Source: the human T2T-CHM13v2.0 reference genome, Homo sapiens. From it: DNA of 64,000 bases. The notes below the pieces were generated by a model. It had not been told where the DNA came from. It worked only from the letters and a program-made list of their open reading frames with translations, and did not search any database. This document shows, one piece after another, positions 1 to 12,884 of this stretch; the stretch's first letter is position 1, and each line of letters starts with the position of its first letter. The position numbers and the translations under genes were made by a program. Where the stretch lies: the NCBI RefSeq assembly GCF_009914755.1, contig NC_060928.1. One strand, given 5' to 3'.

Positions 1-1022
1 GAAACATTAATTTCTGATGGCAAATAACCAGCCAAGATAATTTCAAATACATTGTGTAAATACAGTTGAGCTATGGTTCCCCCCATCTTTGAAAAAATGC
101 TACAAGTTTAATTAAAAGTCTTTTAAGTGTAACAATATCTCACTATGCTCAACTCAGTTCACTAACTTTGTTAGAAAAAAGTTGCAGAAGGTAAGGAAAA
201 GCTTAGAATTTCTGCTGTTTTAACTGTGGTTCTCTCAGATTTGTAACTTTCTTTTCATTGAAAATAAACACTAAGACCTTCTTTAATGGTCATTTCTACC
301 TCATCCTCTGTCTTCAGAAACAAAAGGTAATTTAATTTTTTTCTTTTCAGTTTATTTAAATTTCAGCCTCTAATGGCACACACAGTAAATCCTCCACATT
401 ATTTTTTTCCAAATATTTTTCTGTTATTTTTGTGTATACTAAGGATGCATGAAAGAGAATGTATGGGAAAGGGTGTTTCACTTTACTGATGTTTGCTATT
501 CAAATCTCTACCACCCAGAAAATTGTTTGTTATGGAATTTATAGTGTGGTTTTGCACCAATAATCCAAGCCATGTGTTCAGATTTTATGGTGAAAAAAAA
601 AATGCAGCAGATGCAAGATATCCTATTAGGGTCAAAACCTAGACAGTGCATCTCAAATCAAAAGGATAAAATTAGATGATCAGGACTTTCAGTTTTTGTT
701 AAAGATAAAGGGAGTATTGAGGGCCTGTCCAACACTCCCTATTCTAGTAAAGAATGGATGAAAGGAGGTGGGAAAGTGTCTATGGGTGGGATTGGGAGAG
801 AGAGAGAAACAGCCATGCTTTATTGCTTAAGACAATTTTTTTAATGTCCTAGAGGAAGCAGCAGGGAAGTGTCAGAGTGACTGAGATGTCAAAGAAATAA
901 TCTCACAAAAGAAATGCTGCATTTGAAGCAAGGAGCCGCTTCTCATTAATGTCTACCCGCTAGCAAATGGTTAGGGTCAGAAACATGTACATTCTCCAAA
1001 ACTGCCTTCAGTTGGAAGACAA

Positions 1023-1024
<2 letters not shown>

Positions 1025-1082
<58 letters not shown>

Positions 1083-1085
1083 ATA
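1025..1085. repeat. (TA)n microsatellite ending in (TATG)n
   Basis: Direct read: long atatat run followed by gtatgtatgtatat; produces the spurious YIYIYI ORF 977..1288. Confidence 0.97.
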
Positions 1086-2071
1086 AAGGAGCTCAAACAA
1101 GTATTAAATAACTCTGCAGAGTCAGCCATTGAAATGTTTAAAATAAAACAATCTTTGGGACAATTCATCTGGACAATAAATGCCTCTGCTTGAAAAAGCG
1201 TCTGGAGTTGAGGTTCTTTTATTGTGAACGACAGGAAGGACTTAACTGGAGGAAAGCTAATGACCTTGTTTCTACATTCCTCAGACATCAGTCGTCTGCC
1301 AGAAAATCGCCTATGAGGTTGAGGCAGTGACGGTTTAAAATGGCCAGGGAGAAAGTCTACAGAGAAAATGAGCTGCAGCTTCAGTGGCAGTTTCTAAAAA
1401 TGTTGGTGAATATTTCCGCTATGGAGCAAAGCAACACACGTTCCACTATCTGCTACCAGAGCTAAGCCGCTGGCCAAGATGCAAAGCTCTTTGAGAAATT
1501 ATTCTTTCTGTTTTAAAAAATTCTTTTCTATTTCCATCAACCCCGAGTAAACTTCCTCCAAGAAAGTTAAAACATCAGATGAGTGAAAATCCTTTGGTAG
1601 GAAAATCAAAGGATCTTTCTTGTTGGAGTAAAGAGAAATGTTAGAACGGGAAAATCTCCAGTCTTCCCTCATATCGTACTTTGTGTGTCTCTTCTCCCAA
1701 ACTAGGATAACTGTTTCAGGCAACGTCAGCAGCTTGGTCTTTTGCTCTGAGGGTGCAACATTCTCTCTAGATTTATTTCAATAAATGTTTGTTGAACTCA
1801 CAAGAGTGAGTTTTTGCATTAGACTAAAAAGTATATGCAGCTAGGGAAAAATGTCTGGTTAGTTGTCAAAAAACGACTGCTACAGTCTTTCTTTCACATT
1901 TGAAATTGGACAAATCCTCAATCCCTTTAGACTTTCTTAGGATTGTGTGAAATACGATAATAAACATGAAATTGCTTCATAACTTGCAAAGCAAAATGTA
2001 AATGAAAGAGTTTACTATTTAATGAAACCCTGTCCTCCAGCAGCCTATAATCTAGCAAAGTGCTTCTTAGG

Positions 2072-2175
2072 TAGGGTGGCCATATTATTTATTGCGCAAC
2101 CAGATAATTTTTTAGAGTGAAATGAGGTGTTACTTGCAATTACAGAGGAAAAGCAGATGAAAATAAGGACCGATT
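2072..2175 (+). mobile_element. MER81-like hAT DNA transposon fragment
   Basis: tagggtggccatattattttattgcgcaaccagataatttttagagtgaaa resembles recalled MER81 start (TAGGGTGACCATATAATTTATCGTCCAAACCGGGACACTTTTGAGAGTGAAA). Confidence 0.5.
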
Positions 2176-2307
2176 TTCTTCTTAAAGACATTGAACAAAA
2201 TACTCATGGACAATATGAAATATTAAAATAGAACCCACAGTCAACATGTAGGGGTTCACAAAGTAGGTTTGGGTTTGAGTACTTGGATTACTTATTGAAA
2301 AGTCCTA

Positions 2308-2620
<313 letters not shown>

Positions 2621-5600
2621 TCCTTTGAAATAATTTAGGCAACGTGGTTCTATTTTACTGTTTTTAAGTTCGAGCATGAAGCTTTATCTAAAATAAAATT
2701 GTTTGTGTGCTGTTATAGCTAGATTATAATATCTAGGCTATTCACTGCTTGAAAATGTCCCTACAACCTGTATTCATCAATCATGTATCAAAATAACATC
2801 ATAATAACCAGCTTAATTTAGAGTATATAAATAAAAAACATATAAACAAGGTGCTTTACAAAGGAAATACAGTCTTCTACTCTGTTTTGATATGCAACTA
2901 TATACACTTAATTAAAAAGTAAAGAAAAAGTGAAAGTAGAATTCACAAAACAATTGAATTGTCAAACACCTTCCACAATATTAAAATTGTTATTTTGTAA
3001 TTTGCTTTATGTATATTGCCAATAAAATTGTGTTTCACTTGATGAATGAGGATTTTGGAAGGAGACTGCTGTCAGGGAATTTAGCAATAAAACAAAGCAG
3101 TGAAAAAGATATTAGCTTTTTATTGCTAATTTACTTCCTTGGCTTTGTATTGCACCAGGGGTAATTCCTCTATCAAATGTGGTAATAATGTCTGATAGAC
3201 TTACCTGATAAATGTGCCCCATCTTCAGAATGTAGGACGAGCTGTGTTTGTTCAATTTTACTGCATCCTGAGACAAATGAAATTGGGGAAAAGCTGCTAT
3301 GAAATGAAGCTATTTTCTACAGAGTTTGTTCTTGACAAGCTATATTGCAGCCCCAGCCATAATAAAGAGACAATGACTCATCTGGTGTATAGCAAAACAA
3401 TGAAAATAAACAAACAAAAACAAATATAAAGTTCCTAAATGTTATTCCAGCAATAGACCTGTAAAGAGATATCAGTTAATCTAAAATATGTATATATTAG
3501 ATGCTTAACATTTTTTGTTGGATGCATGAATGGATAGCAGGAATAATGCCTACTTCAACGCACTACTTTCAATATTTCCCATAATTCAACCTAGAAAATG
3601 AAAAGCAGAGAGAGAAAGAGATAGATAAAATAAGAAGAGAGGGAGAATGAGAGAGGAAGAAAAGTAACCGAGAGTAAATGAAAGTCTTCACTCAAAATCA
3701 TAAGGAATGTATCTTAACTGAATATTTTGATTGATATGATGCATTGTTTTATAATTGCTGCTCCAAGGAAAAAATTGAGGCATGAGGAAAATATACCCCA
3801 TTGGGCAGTGGGCAGGAAAAAAAAATCTCTGTCAAAGAGCACAAATCTTATTTACAATGGACCTTTAATGACTCTAAGCTGCTTTAACTCCCATGTAGTT
3901 CCCCCATTGGAAGAAGATTATAAAAGACTGCTCTCCTCTTTCCCAGCTCACACTGATGTTTTTACCCCATTCAAAATGAGTATGGTAATGGCATTCACTA
4001 AGGATTATCAACATTTGAGAAAAATAAAAAAGATCCAATACAAGCTGAGAAGAATACAAATTATCTATGGAGCTTCCATTGATGGAAATGGCAAGTATAG
4101 ATATTAATATATTACATGAGTCATTCGTGGTAGACATTCATCTTAATGGCTTAGACCTCAATAAAGCTAAGGCAGAGGGACCCATTGTATAATAGTTTTA
4201 GGACTCTTCACTGCTAATGGAACAAGCTCTAACCCTTTCCAAAGGAGCCTGGAGCACCAGAATCGCGGAGAGAGAAAAAACAGTGGAAGCTGTGTATGAT
4301 TTCCCAGTATACTCACATTTATCCACTTATGAGCAGGAATCTGTGATCTGAAAGCTTTCCAGAGTGAAATGATTTCTAAAACTAAGCAACAAGAAATGCA
4401 TGAAACTGAGAAAGGAGACAAGTCTAAGGTGAACATTGGGCTATAACACAATCATAAAAGGCTTCAGAAATAACTGAAGAAGGCTGACTGTTCTTGACCT
4501 ATAACTTTACCTCATTTTGCTTGTACTGCTGAATCGCATAAATGGAAAATAAGCAAAAGCAGTGGTTGTTGTAATTACTTTCATAATGGTGACGATTTTG
4601 ACTTGATGTGAATTAATATTCTTAAACTTCTTCAAGGTACATTGCATTTGGCCAATTCTTCTTATTCTAAATCACCACAAAAGAACAAGGCTTACCATAC
4701 ATCTTAACAAAGCTGGTTTTTGTTTTTGTTTCTAATTCCTAAGGTCATCAACTCTAATTTTACAGAAGTTAAGCTTTGTTCTAATTGGCTATATAATCAG
4801 GGGTAAGTAACCTAATTTCTATAATTGAGGGTATTTATTCCTACATTGCACTGTACATTGTTCCTTACAAGTAGAAGACTATGTGATTTTGTAGTAATAA
4901 TAAAGTCAAAAAGGGTGTCCATGTTAAGCTATGAGAATTCAATCTGGAGAACATGGAGCATATTTTCCCTCACTTGGAGGGCTAGGGTAAGAGTAATTAT
5001 TGGCAGTGTTGGACTGAACAAACAGTACACTCCGTAAAAAATGAGATGGCCAACATTATTAATTGCATAAGATATTGGCTCATTCATTCATCAAACGTTT
5101 ATTGGTTGACACTAACCATGCAAGTTTACAAAAACCTGCAATACAGCTTCATGGCAAAGCTTTCTCCTATGAAGCTTTTTACATAATAAAATTCAGGGAG
5201 AAAAATAGTCAAATGTATACTCAGTAAACCTTGCCAGAAGGCTGAAAATCTGTTTCCCAATTGAAAAACCACAGCCAGATATCATGTATAAAGGAAAGTC
5301 ATTCATAGTAATCTTACTCTCCCTTTACTATTGTTTTTTAATAGATGACTGAAGATTACTGAGAGAATAAGATAAAAAGAAAAAGACAGAAAATATTGAA
5401 TATGTTTGAAGTCTTTAACCCTTATAAAATAAAAATATCCAATCATCTTCACTACAGGAAGGAAACTAGGAATATACATCTTTGGGAGTAAAAGACACCT
5501 CCCCTTCCTTTTCCTAAATAGTCCCTTCTGGCTCAATTAGCTGATAGAGGAGAGCTATTTCACCCTTGAAATCCTAACAAGGTGGCATGGGAAGGGCAGC

Positions 5601-7767
5601 AGTGCTCCATTCCTTGTTGGGTCCACCCCTGGATCTTGATCAGGGATTAGGGGTGTCACAGTTAATTCATTCATAACATATAAAGCTCCAAAGTTTCTAC
5701 ATTTTTAACTGAGCTAAAGGAATTTAAATTTTTCCTAAAATAATATCATTTTCACTCCCTTGTATTCTGTTATGCTTTCTCAGTAGCACGAGAAGGGATT
5801 AGAGTTACAGTTAGTCCTGAGAATTGAGGATAACCCTGGTTCTGATGATAGGACAACATCAGACACGTGAAGGCCACCCATCATTGTCACAAGGGAACAA
5901 CACAGAACAGATACCTCAGGGAATTCCTGGTGATTTAGTCACCCACCTTTCCCCGCTTTGCCTCTTGGGATCTCTGAGCTCTAATGGTGGAGAAAAGGGA
6001 AAGAGATAAGGGTCAGTTCTTCCCTTTGAGGGAAAGTCCTGAGAAAGCAGTGCACAGCCATTGAAGGTCCGAGGCCATTCGCTCTGTACAACACACTGAT
6101 AAAAAACAAACCTGTGAAAAATAAAGTCTAGTTAACTCAGGCAAATGCTTTTGAAAAAGTCAAATTCAAAGTCTATCAAATGTTAACTAATTAGGAGACA
6201 ATTTCTCTACATACAGTGAGCAGGCTTCCATTTGCATTCCCTGGCTTCAGATTTCTCTTCAAAGAGACATATTAAACAGTGCACTGATATTTTTCAACCT
6301 GGCAGGAAATGTGCCAGCTGCACCAGCCATTGGAAAGGGAAGACTATTATCCCAATTGCCAATTTTAACCAACCCAGTAAGTAAATAGCCTGGGCCTAAT
6401 CTTTATAGGCAGTTAAACTGTGCAGTGCTTAATAAATACTCCTGGGTGGCTGTGTTAAAGCAAAACAAAGAATACTGCTGGATAACAAGACAGCTGCAAA
6501 AATTAACGTTAGCTCCCAGAGGAGATAGGAGTTTCCGGATCACAGAAGCTATCTGTGACAAGAGAGATACCTATTACAAAAGAGTGATTATTAAAGAACA
6601 CTTTAATTATTATTAAAAGAACAATAAGCCACTGCAGATACATTTAAGGCATTCTACAATCAATTTTAAGATAAGTAACGTTGCCTGAAGTACAAAAGAT
6701 AACAAAATACAAACCCCATCCAAATGTATCAAAGCCTGGCAATTAACTTCTCATTACCAGAAACAAACTTTGTGTAAAATGGCTATTGAAGAAGGATATT
6801 GGTCCAGGAAGGCAATAATGGAGTTTGGTGGGTCAGACCTTGAGTTTTCTACAAAATGTATAGCTTCTTTTTTCAACTAAGTGTAAAAATCCTTGCCAGA
6901 AGCAGGAAAAATCTATATGCTAATCATATTTCCAATTGGGCTCAAACTGAAGGAAGTTAAGAGGAGAGCACAAACATGACTCAGAGGGCAAAGAGACTGA
7001 CATACACAAAGAAATTATTAAAAGATTCTCAAATGCCCAGCTCTGCTGAGTAACGACCGAGAGGAGACATGATTGTCATTGGAAAGTGTCCATAGAGTAA
7101 ACAACAGTCAGAGTCATTACTGAGCTGAATAGAAGGACTAAATTGGGGTAAAATTAAGGACAGAGAGATTTAAACTGAATGTCCGTGATGAGAAGGGCTG
7201 CCAGATAGTGAAACATCTCCCCAGGGTTAACCATGAGACATCCTCTCAGAAGGCTTTCAAAAGTCAGGCTCTACCATGAACCAAAGGAGCATTTTTCCAA
7301 TCCAAAGAAATGAAAAAAAAAATCCCTCCTTAAAGAGCAGGATTATATTTTTGGAGGGGGGCAGGAATAATTATCTGAGGTTTCTCCTAGAGAAGGAAAA
7401 GTCTGTGTTGAATCAACAAGGGAAGCTCATTTTAGAGGAGGTGGGGACAAAGGCAGGAAGCATGAAAAAGGGAATGTCACCAGCCAGCAGAAAAGAGGTA
7501 GGAAGCAACACCCTGTCTAGACTCCATAAAAACAATGACAGACCCATGACTGGCAAACACTTCTGCAGTGGTTTTGTGCTGAAAGTGATGGCACAGGCAT
7601 CTCCCTGAGCTCATCAGCATGACGTGGTTTTTCCTAGCAGTAGCCTCAACAGTTGGTGATAACCTACCATGTAAATTCCTTGTATCCTTAAGCTAAGAAA
7701 TAATTCTCTAAAAACCATAGGAGGCTAGTCTTTGTAGTATTTTCTATTTTTAACTAATGGCACTTAA

Positions 7768-7912
7768 CAGAGTAGTGGTTTAGAATACAAGCTTGGCATC
7801 AAGCGGATCTGGGTTCGAATTTCACCTCATTTACTGTATGACTATTGGCCCTCTAATATAGCCTTTCAATGACCCAAATTGTCAGCTGAAAATGGGGTGA
7901 TAATTTATACCT
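7768..7912 (+). mobile_element. MIR SINE, 5' half
   Basis: gtggtttagaatacaagc...ctgggttcgaatttcacctc (B-box-like) ...ctgaaaatggggtgataatttatacct. Confidence 0.7.
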
Positions 7913-7913
7913 T

Positions 7914-8470
7914 TAGCAATCAGTGCTCTTGGTTGCAAGAATTACACTGGAAAACATCAGCAGAGGAGGAATTTATTGGAAGGATATTAGAAAGCTCGTA
8001 GAATCAACAGTAGCAGCTGAGAAAATGGGTGGGAATTAAGGGAGGTAGAGCGCGCTGAGCCATGAGCAAGGCTATGCCACAGAAACTGCCTGGTGAGGGT
8101 GTCACTGTATGAATTGCTGCTCCCACACACTGTCAGACTCTGCTGCCACTGGACACTGGATGCTGTTCCCATCCCCTCTGTGTCATCATTATGAAGTGAA
8201 TTCTAAAAGATCGCTGCCTCTTGTTTATCTCACTTAAGATTCTCATTCAATACTGGGAGCACCTGATTGGCCAAGCCTCAGCCACAATGCCTGTAGCATA
8301 GCTGCCAGGGGAACAGAGAAAAGGTAGTAGCTGATCCTTTGCATCTTCTTTAGTGGAAGGCAGGATGCAGTGTCCCATGGAGATTTACAAAGTGCATGTT
8401 TTCCTCCATATAAGAAAGAGATTCGAACACTGGAAAGCCAAAACTCAGGACAAACATCTTTCCTAGTTCA
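7914..8470 (-). mobile_element. Old ERVL-class LTR (LTR33-like)
   Basis: ctcttggttgcaag...ggaatttattggaaggatattagaaagctcgtagaatc matches the reverse-oriented 3' end of old ERVL LTRs; adjoins ERVL internal sequence. Confidence 0.55.
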
Positions 8471-9960
8471 CCTCTATGTCTGCCCAACTTTGCCTACATT
8501 CTTCTTCCCCTAATTAAACTTCCAAAAAATGTTCACACCTAACAAAACACAATGACCCTTATATAGTGAATAACCCCCTCCCAAACAGAAAACAAGACAT
8601 CGATTCTCACACCAACTGGAATCCAGGCTGTCTGAATGATGTTAATCACTCTAAGGTGTATAACAATCTCATCTTGATATCCATCAACCAATGAACCAAA
8701 TTGTAACATGAGTAACTCTACCTTAGGCTGTTGGAAAGAGAGAGGAAAGAAAAAGAAAAACAGCAAATATGCAAGTGTCTGTCTAACCCATATCTATCAG
8801 GTTCTGAGCTCAGAAAGTAAAACGTCGGATAGGAGATGTTATTTATACATTTGACAGTAAAGAAGGAAATACAGATAGGAAGAAAATCAGTGGTCATTAT
8901 ATCTATAATTGGTCACTAGGCCATAGCTACAATTTTATTTCCTCTTCCATGGCCCCTTTGCTGCTCAGAGTTCTTTTCCTAGTAAGGCCACCCAAATCTT
9001 TATTTCTGAGAGATATAGGTCCTTTGGGGGTTCTGCCTATATAGAATTGTAGTAGCCTTCCCTATTCAATGTCACCTCTGGTTGCAGTAGAAGAAAATAC
9101 CTCAGAATATGCCCCCAATGTCACAACAGAAGCCCACTTTCACTTTGAAGCTCAGGATCAGTCACCACAACCAACACCAAATCCTCTATTCCAATGGCCT
9201 AAGGAGACCAAAATGATCATGTTGTAGTTTCCAATTCAGTAGAACCATAGTTTTGTTTCCTGGAAGACACACTCATCCCTTGAGTACTTAAGGTTCTAGC
9301 CAATAGTAGCCAGGGTCAAAAGACTAGAAGCAAAAATTTCAAATTGGTCATTAGGTATAATTATTTCTATTCCTTGGTTCCAAGATACATGTATTCAAAC
9401 TGGACAAAGCATCATAAATTGGTCTAAGAAAATAAAGTTGGTATCAGCTGTATACAGCACCTTGAACAATGTTATATCCCAGCTGGTATTACAAATAAGT
9501 CGTTAACACACATTTCAACAAAGTCAGCTGCTTTTGAATGATGGGAAACATGTGAAGACCAACAAATAACAAGTATAAACCCATTACCTTCCTTGATTCA
9601 CTACAAAGTGAATTCTTGGTCAGAAGCAAAGTTGTGTGGGATAGTGGTAAAATTCATGATTATCAGAAACCCAATCACTAACCAGACCATTACCCATTGA
9701 TCATAATATTTATAAATCCTTACATCATGCTGCACTTCTTTCCAGACTTAATAGCTAGTATATAGATACTGTTCAGAGTTCTTCCTGCTGGAAGGACTTG
9801 CCTTCATCACTCTCTCAGGATAAGGCTGAGTGGGGCTGTCATTGCACTACACTTCACATCTGGCTTATGCCAGCTAGGGGTTCAGAGTGCTAAGTCAAGC
9901 TCAAAGCGTTCCCTCATTAAAATAGTCACAGAGAATCACCATTAGGCCATACACATTTGC
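8471..9960 (-). mobile_element. ERVL internal remnant (dUTPase/pol region), highly degenerate
   Basis: Reverse complement of 9190-9310 (ctagaaccttaagtactcaagggatgagtgtgtcttccaggaaacaaaactatggttctactgaattggaaact...cattttggtctcctt) parallels the ERVL dUTPase-region consensus. Confidence 0.55.
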
Positions 9961-9971
9961 TCAGTTGCAAA

Positions 9972-10075
9972 ATGGGTTTTAATAGATTGTAAGGTTGAAA
10001 TGGAATATGCTTTTGAATCACTTAGTCCAGAGTCTGACATATAATAAATATACCCAAATGCAAATAATTATGGTT
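9972..10075 (+). mobile_element. MIR SINE, 3' half (continuation of 7768-7912)
   Basis: ttgtaaggttgaaatggaatatgcttttgaatcacttagtccagagtctgacatataataaatatacccaaatg parallels the MIR 3' consensus. Confidence 0.5.
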
Positions 10076-10329
10076 GTCAAAGTACATTTTTAGGTAAGAG
10101 CCAAAGTGTTTAGGTAAGGAAATGAAATCAAATACAGGTTTTCCTGAGTCTACGTATTTAATAAATAAGAGTAGTCAATATGTAGATTAATAGATACATA
10201 TTTAGCATCCTGTTATTACTGAAGTTATGCATTTTAAAACCAATTAATTGACACACTCATTCTTTAATAAATTACCAAGGGAAAATAATACAGGTCTATG
10301 ATATCAACTAAAAGGAAAAAATTATAATC

Positions 10330-10452
10330 ATTTCTGCTTACCATGAGGCTTACATAAAACATCTTATAACAGGTTATTTTAAGCTGATAACAACTTAACA
10401 TTGATTACATAAAATAACACTACACTTTTACTCCCCACACACACATTTCATG
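10330..10452 (-). mobile_element. Old L1M fragment (inter-ORF region), left piece
   Basis: ttaccatgaggcttacataaaacatcttataacaggttattttaagctgataacaacttaac is typical L1M sequence; continues at about 18636. Confidence 0.6.
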
Positions 10453-10822
10453 TGGGTTTTGTTTTTAAATTTTATTTCAGTAGTTTTGGGGAACAGGTGG
10501 TGTCTGGTTGGATGGAAAAGTTCTTCTGTGTGATTTCTGAGATTTTGGTGCATCCATCACCCAAGCAGTACACACTTTACCCAATGTGCAGTCTTTTATT
10601 CCTCACCTCCCTCCCACCCTTCCCCTCAAGTCCCCAAAGTCCATTATATCATTCTTATGCCTTTATGTCCTCATAGCTTAGCTTCTGCATATAAGTGAAA
10701 ACAGACGATGTTTGGTTTTCCATTCCTGAGTTACTTCACTTAGAATAATGGTCTCCAACTCCATTCAAGTTGCTGCAAATGCCATTATTTAATTCCTTTT
10801 CATGGCAGAGTAGTATTCCATG

Positions 10823-10857
10823 GTGTGTGTGTGTGTGTGTGTGTATGTGTGTGTGTC
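10823..10857. repeat. (TG)n microsatellite inside L1 3' region
   Basis: Direct read gtgtgtgtgt... Confidence 0.9.
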
Positions 10858-11969
10858 ACAGTTTCTTCATCCACTCAGTCAATGAGCATTTAGGCAGGTT
10901 TCATTTTTTGCAATTACAAATTGTGCGGCTATAAACATGCATGTACAAGTGCCTTTTTTATATAATGACTTCTATTCCTCTAGGTAGATACCTATTCGTG
11001 GGATTGCTGGATCAAATGATAGTTCTATTTTTAGTTTTTGGGGAATTTCCATACTGTTTTCCATAGTAGTTTTTACTAGTTTGCATTCCCACTAGCAGTG
11101 TAAAAGTGTTCCCTTTTCACCACATCCATGCCAACATCTATTTGTTTTTTAATTTATTGATTATGGCCATTCTTGCAGGAGTAAGGTGGTGTCTCATTGT
11201 GGTTTTGATTTGAATTTCCCTGATAATTAGTGATGTTGAGCATTGTTTCATAGGTTTCTTCGCCATTTGTGTATCTTCTTTTGAGCATTGTCTATTCATG
11301 TCCTTTGCCCACTTTCTGATGGGATTTTTTGTTTTTTATTTTGTTTTTTGTTTTTGTTTTTGTTTTGCTGATTTTTGAGTTCCTTGTAGATTCTGGATAT
11401 TACTTATTTGTCAGATGCATAGTTTGTGAAGATTTCCTCCCACTCTGCGGGTTGTCTGTTTACCTTGCTGATTATTACTTTTGTTATGCAGAAGCTTTTT
11501 AGTTTAATTAGGTCCCATGTATTTATCTTTGTTTTTGTTGAATTTGCTTTTGGGTTCTTGGTCATGAACTCTTTGCCTAAGCCAATGTCTAGAAGAGTTT
11601 TTCTGAGGTTATCTTCTAGAATTGTTATGGTTTCAGATATTATATTTAAGTCTTTCATCTTTCTTGTGTTGATTTTTGTATAAGGTGAGAGATGAGGATC
11701 CAGCTTTGTTCTTCTACATGTGGTTGGCAAATTATGCCAGCACCTTTTGTTGAAAAGGGTATCCTTTCCCTACTTCATGTTTTTGTTTGCTTTGTCAAAG
11801 ATCAGTTGGCTATAATTATCTGGCTTTATTTCTGGGTTCTCTATTCTGTTCCATTAGTCTGAGTACCTATTTTTATACCAGTACCAAACTATAGTATAGC
11901 CTTGTAGTATAGTTTGAAGTTAAGCAATGTGATGCCTCCAGATTTTTTTTTTTTTTTTTGCTTAGTCTT

Positions 11970-12328
11970 TGATATGGTTTGGCTGTGTCCCCACCCAAAT
12001 CTCATCTTGAATTGTAGCTCCTATAATTCCCACGTGTTGTGGTGGGGACTGGTGGGAGATAATAGAATCATGGCGGTGGTTTCCCCCATACTGTTCTTGT
12101 GGCAGTGAATAAGTCTCATGAGATCTGATGGCTTATAAGGGGAAACCACTTTCACTTGGCTCTCATTTATCTCGTCTGCCAGCATGTAAGACATGTCTTT
12201 CACCTTCCACCATGAATGTGAGGCCTCCCCAGCCACGTGGAACTGTGAGTTCATTAAACCTCTTTTTGTTTATAAATTACCCTGTCTAGGATATGTCTTT
12301 ATAAGCAACATAAAAATGGACTAATACA
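11970..12328 (+). mobile_element. THE1 (MaLR) solo LTR
   Basis: TGATATGGTTTGGCTGTGTCCCCACCCAAATCTCATCTTG...GGACTAATACA, 359 bp, perfect 5-bp TSD GTCTT (11965-11969 / 12329-12333). Confidence 0.96.
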
Positions 12329-12884
12329 GTCTTGCTTTGCCTATGCATGCTCGTTTTTTGGTTCCACATAAATGTTAGGATTGCTTTTTCTAGTTCTGTG
12401 AAGAATGATGATGGTATTTTGATGGGAATTGCATTGAATTTGTAGATTGCTTTTGGTAGTATGGTCATTTTCACAATATTTATTCTACCCACCATAAATA
12501 TGGGATGTGTTTCCATTTGTTTGTGTTCTCTATGATTTCATTTGGCAGTGTTTTATGGTTTTCTTCATACGGACCTTTCACCTCCTTGGTTGGGTATATT
12601 CCTAAGTTTATTTTATTTTATTTTATTTTATTTTAATTTTATTTGTAGCTGTTGTAAAAGGGGTTGAGTTCTTGATTGTTTCTCAGCTTGGTCACTATTG
12701 GTGTATAGCAGTGCTACTGATTTGTGTATATTGATTTTGTACCTGAAACTTTACTGAATTCATGTATCAGAAGTAGGAGCTCTTTGGATGAGTCTTAGAG
12801 TTTTCTAGGTATTGATCATATCACTGATGAACAGCAACAGTTGGATTTTCTCTTTACTGATTTGGATGCCCTTTATTTCTTTCT

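Noticed and set aside
920-1730. Possible CpG island/promoter
   Set aside because: Only mild CpG retention (about a dozen CpGs) and low GC; does not approach island criteria
3727-4107. 126-aa ORF in unique DNA
   Set aside because: No recognisable domain, non-ATG start in the track, and length compatible with chance
4765-4808. Plus-strand acceptor/donor pair (ttttacag|...GGG|gtaagt)
   Set aside because: Short non-triplet interval with a weak pyrimidine tract; illustrates the chance frequency of such motifs
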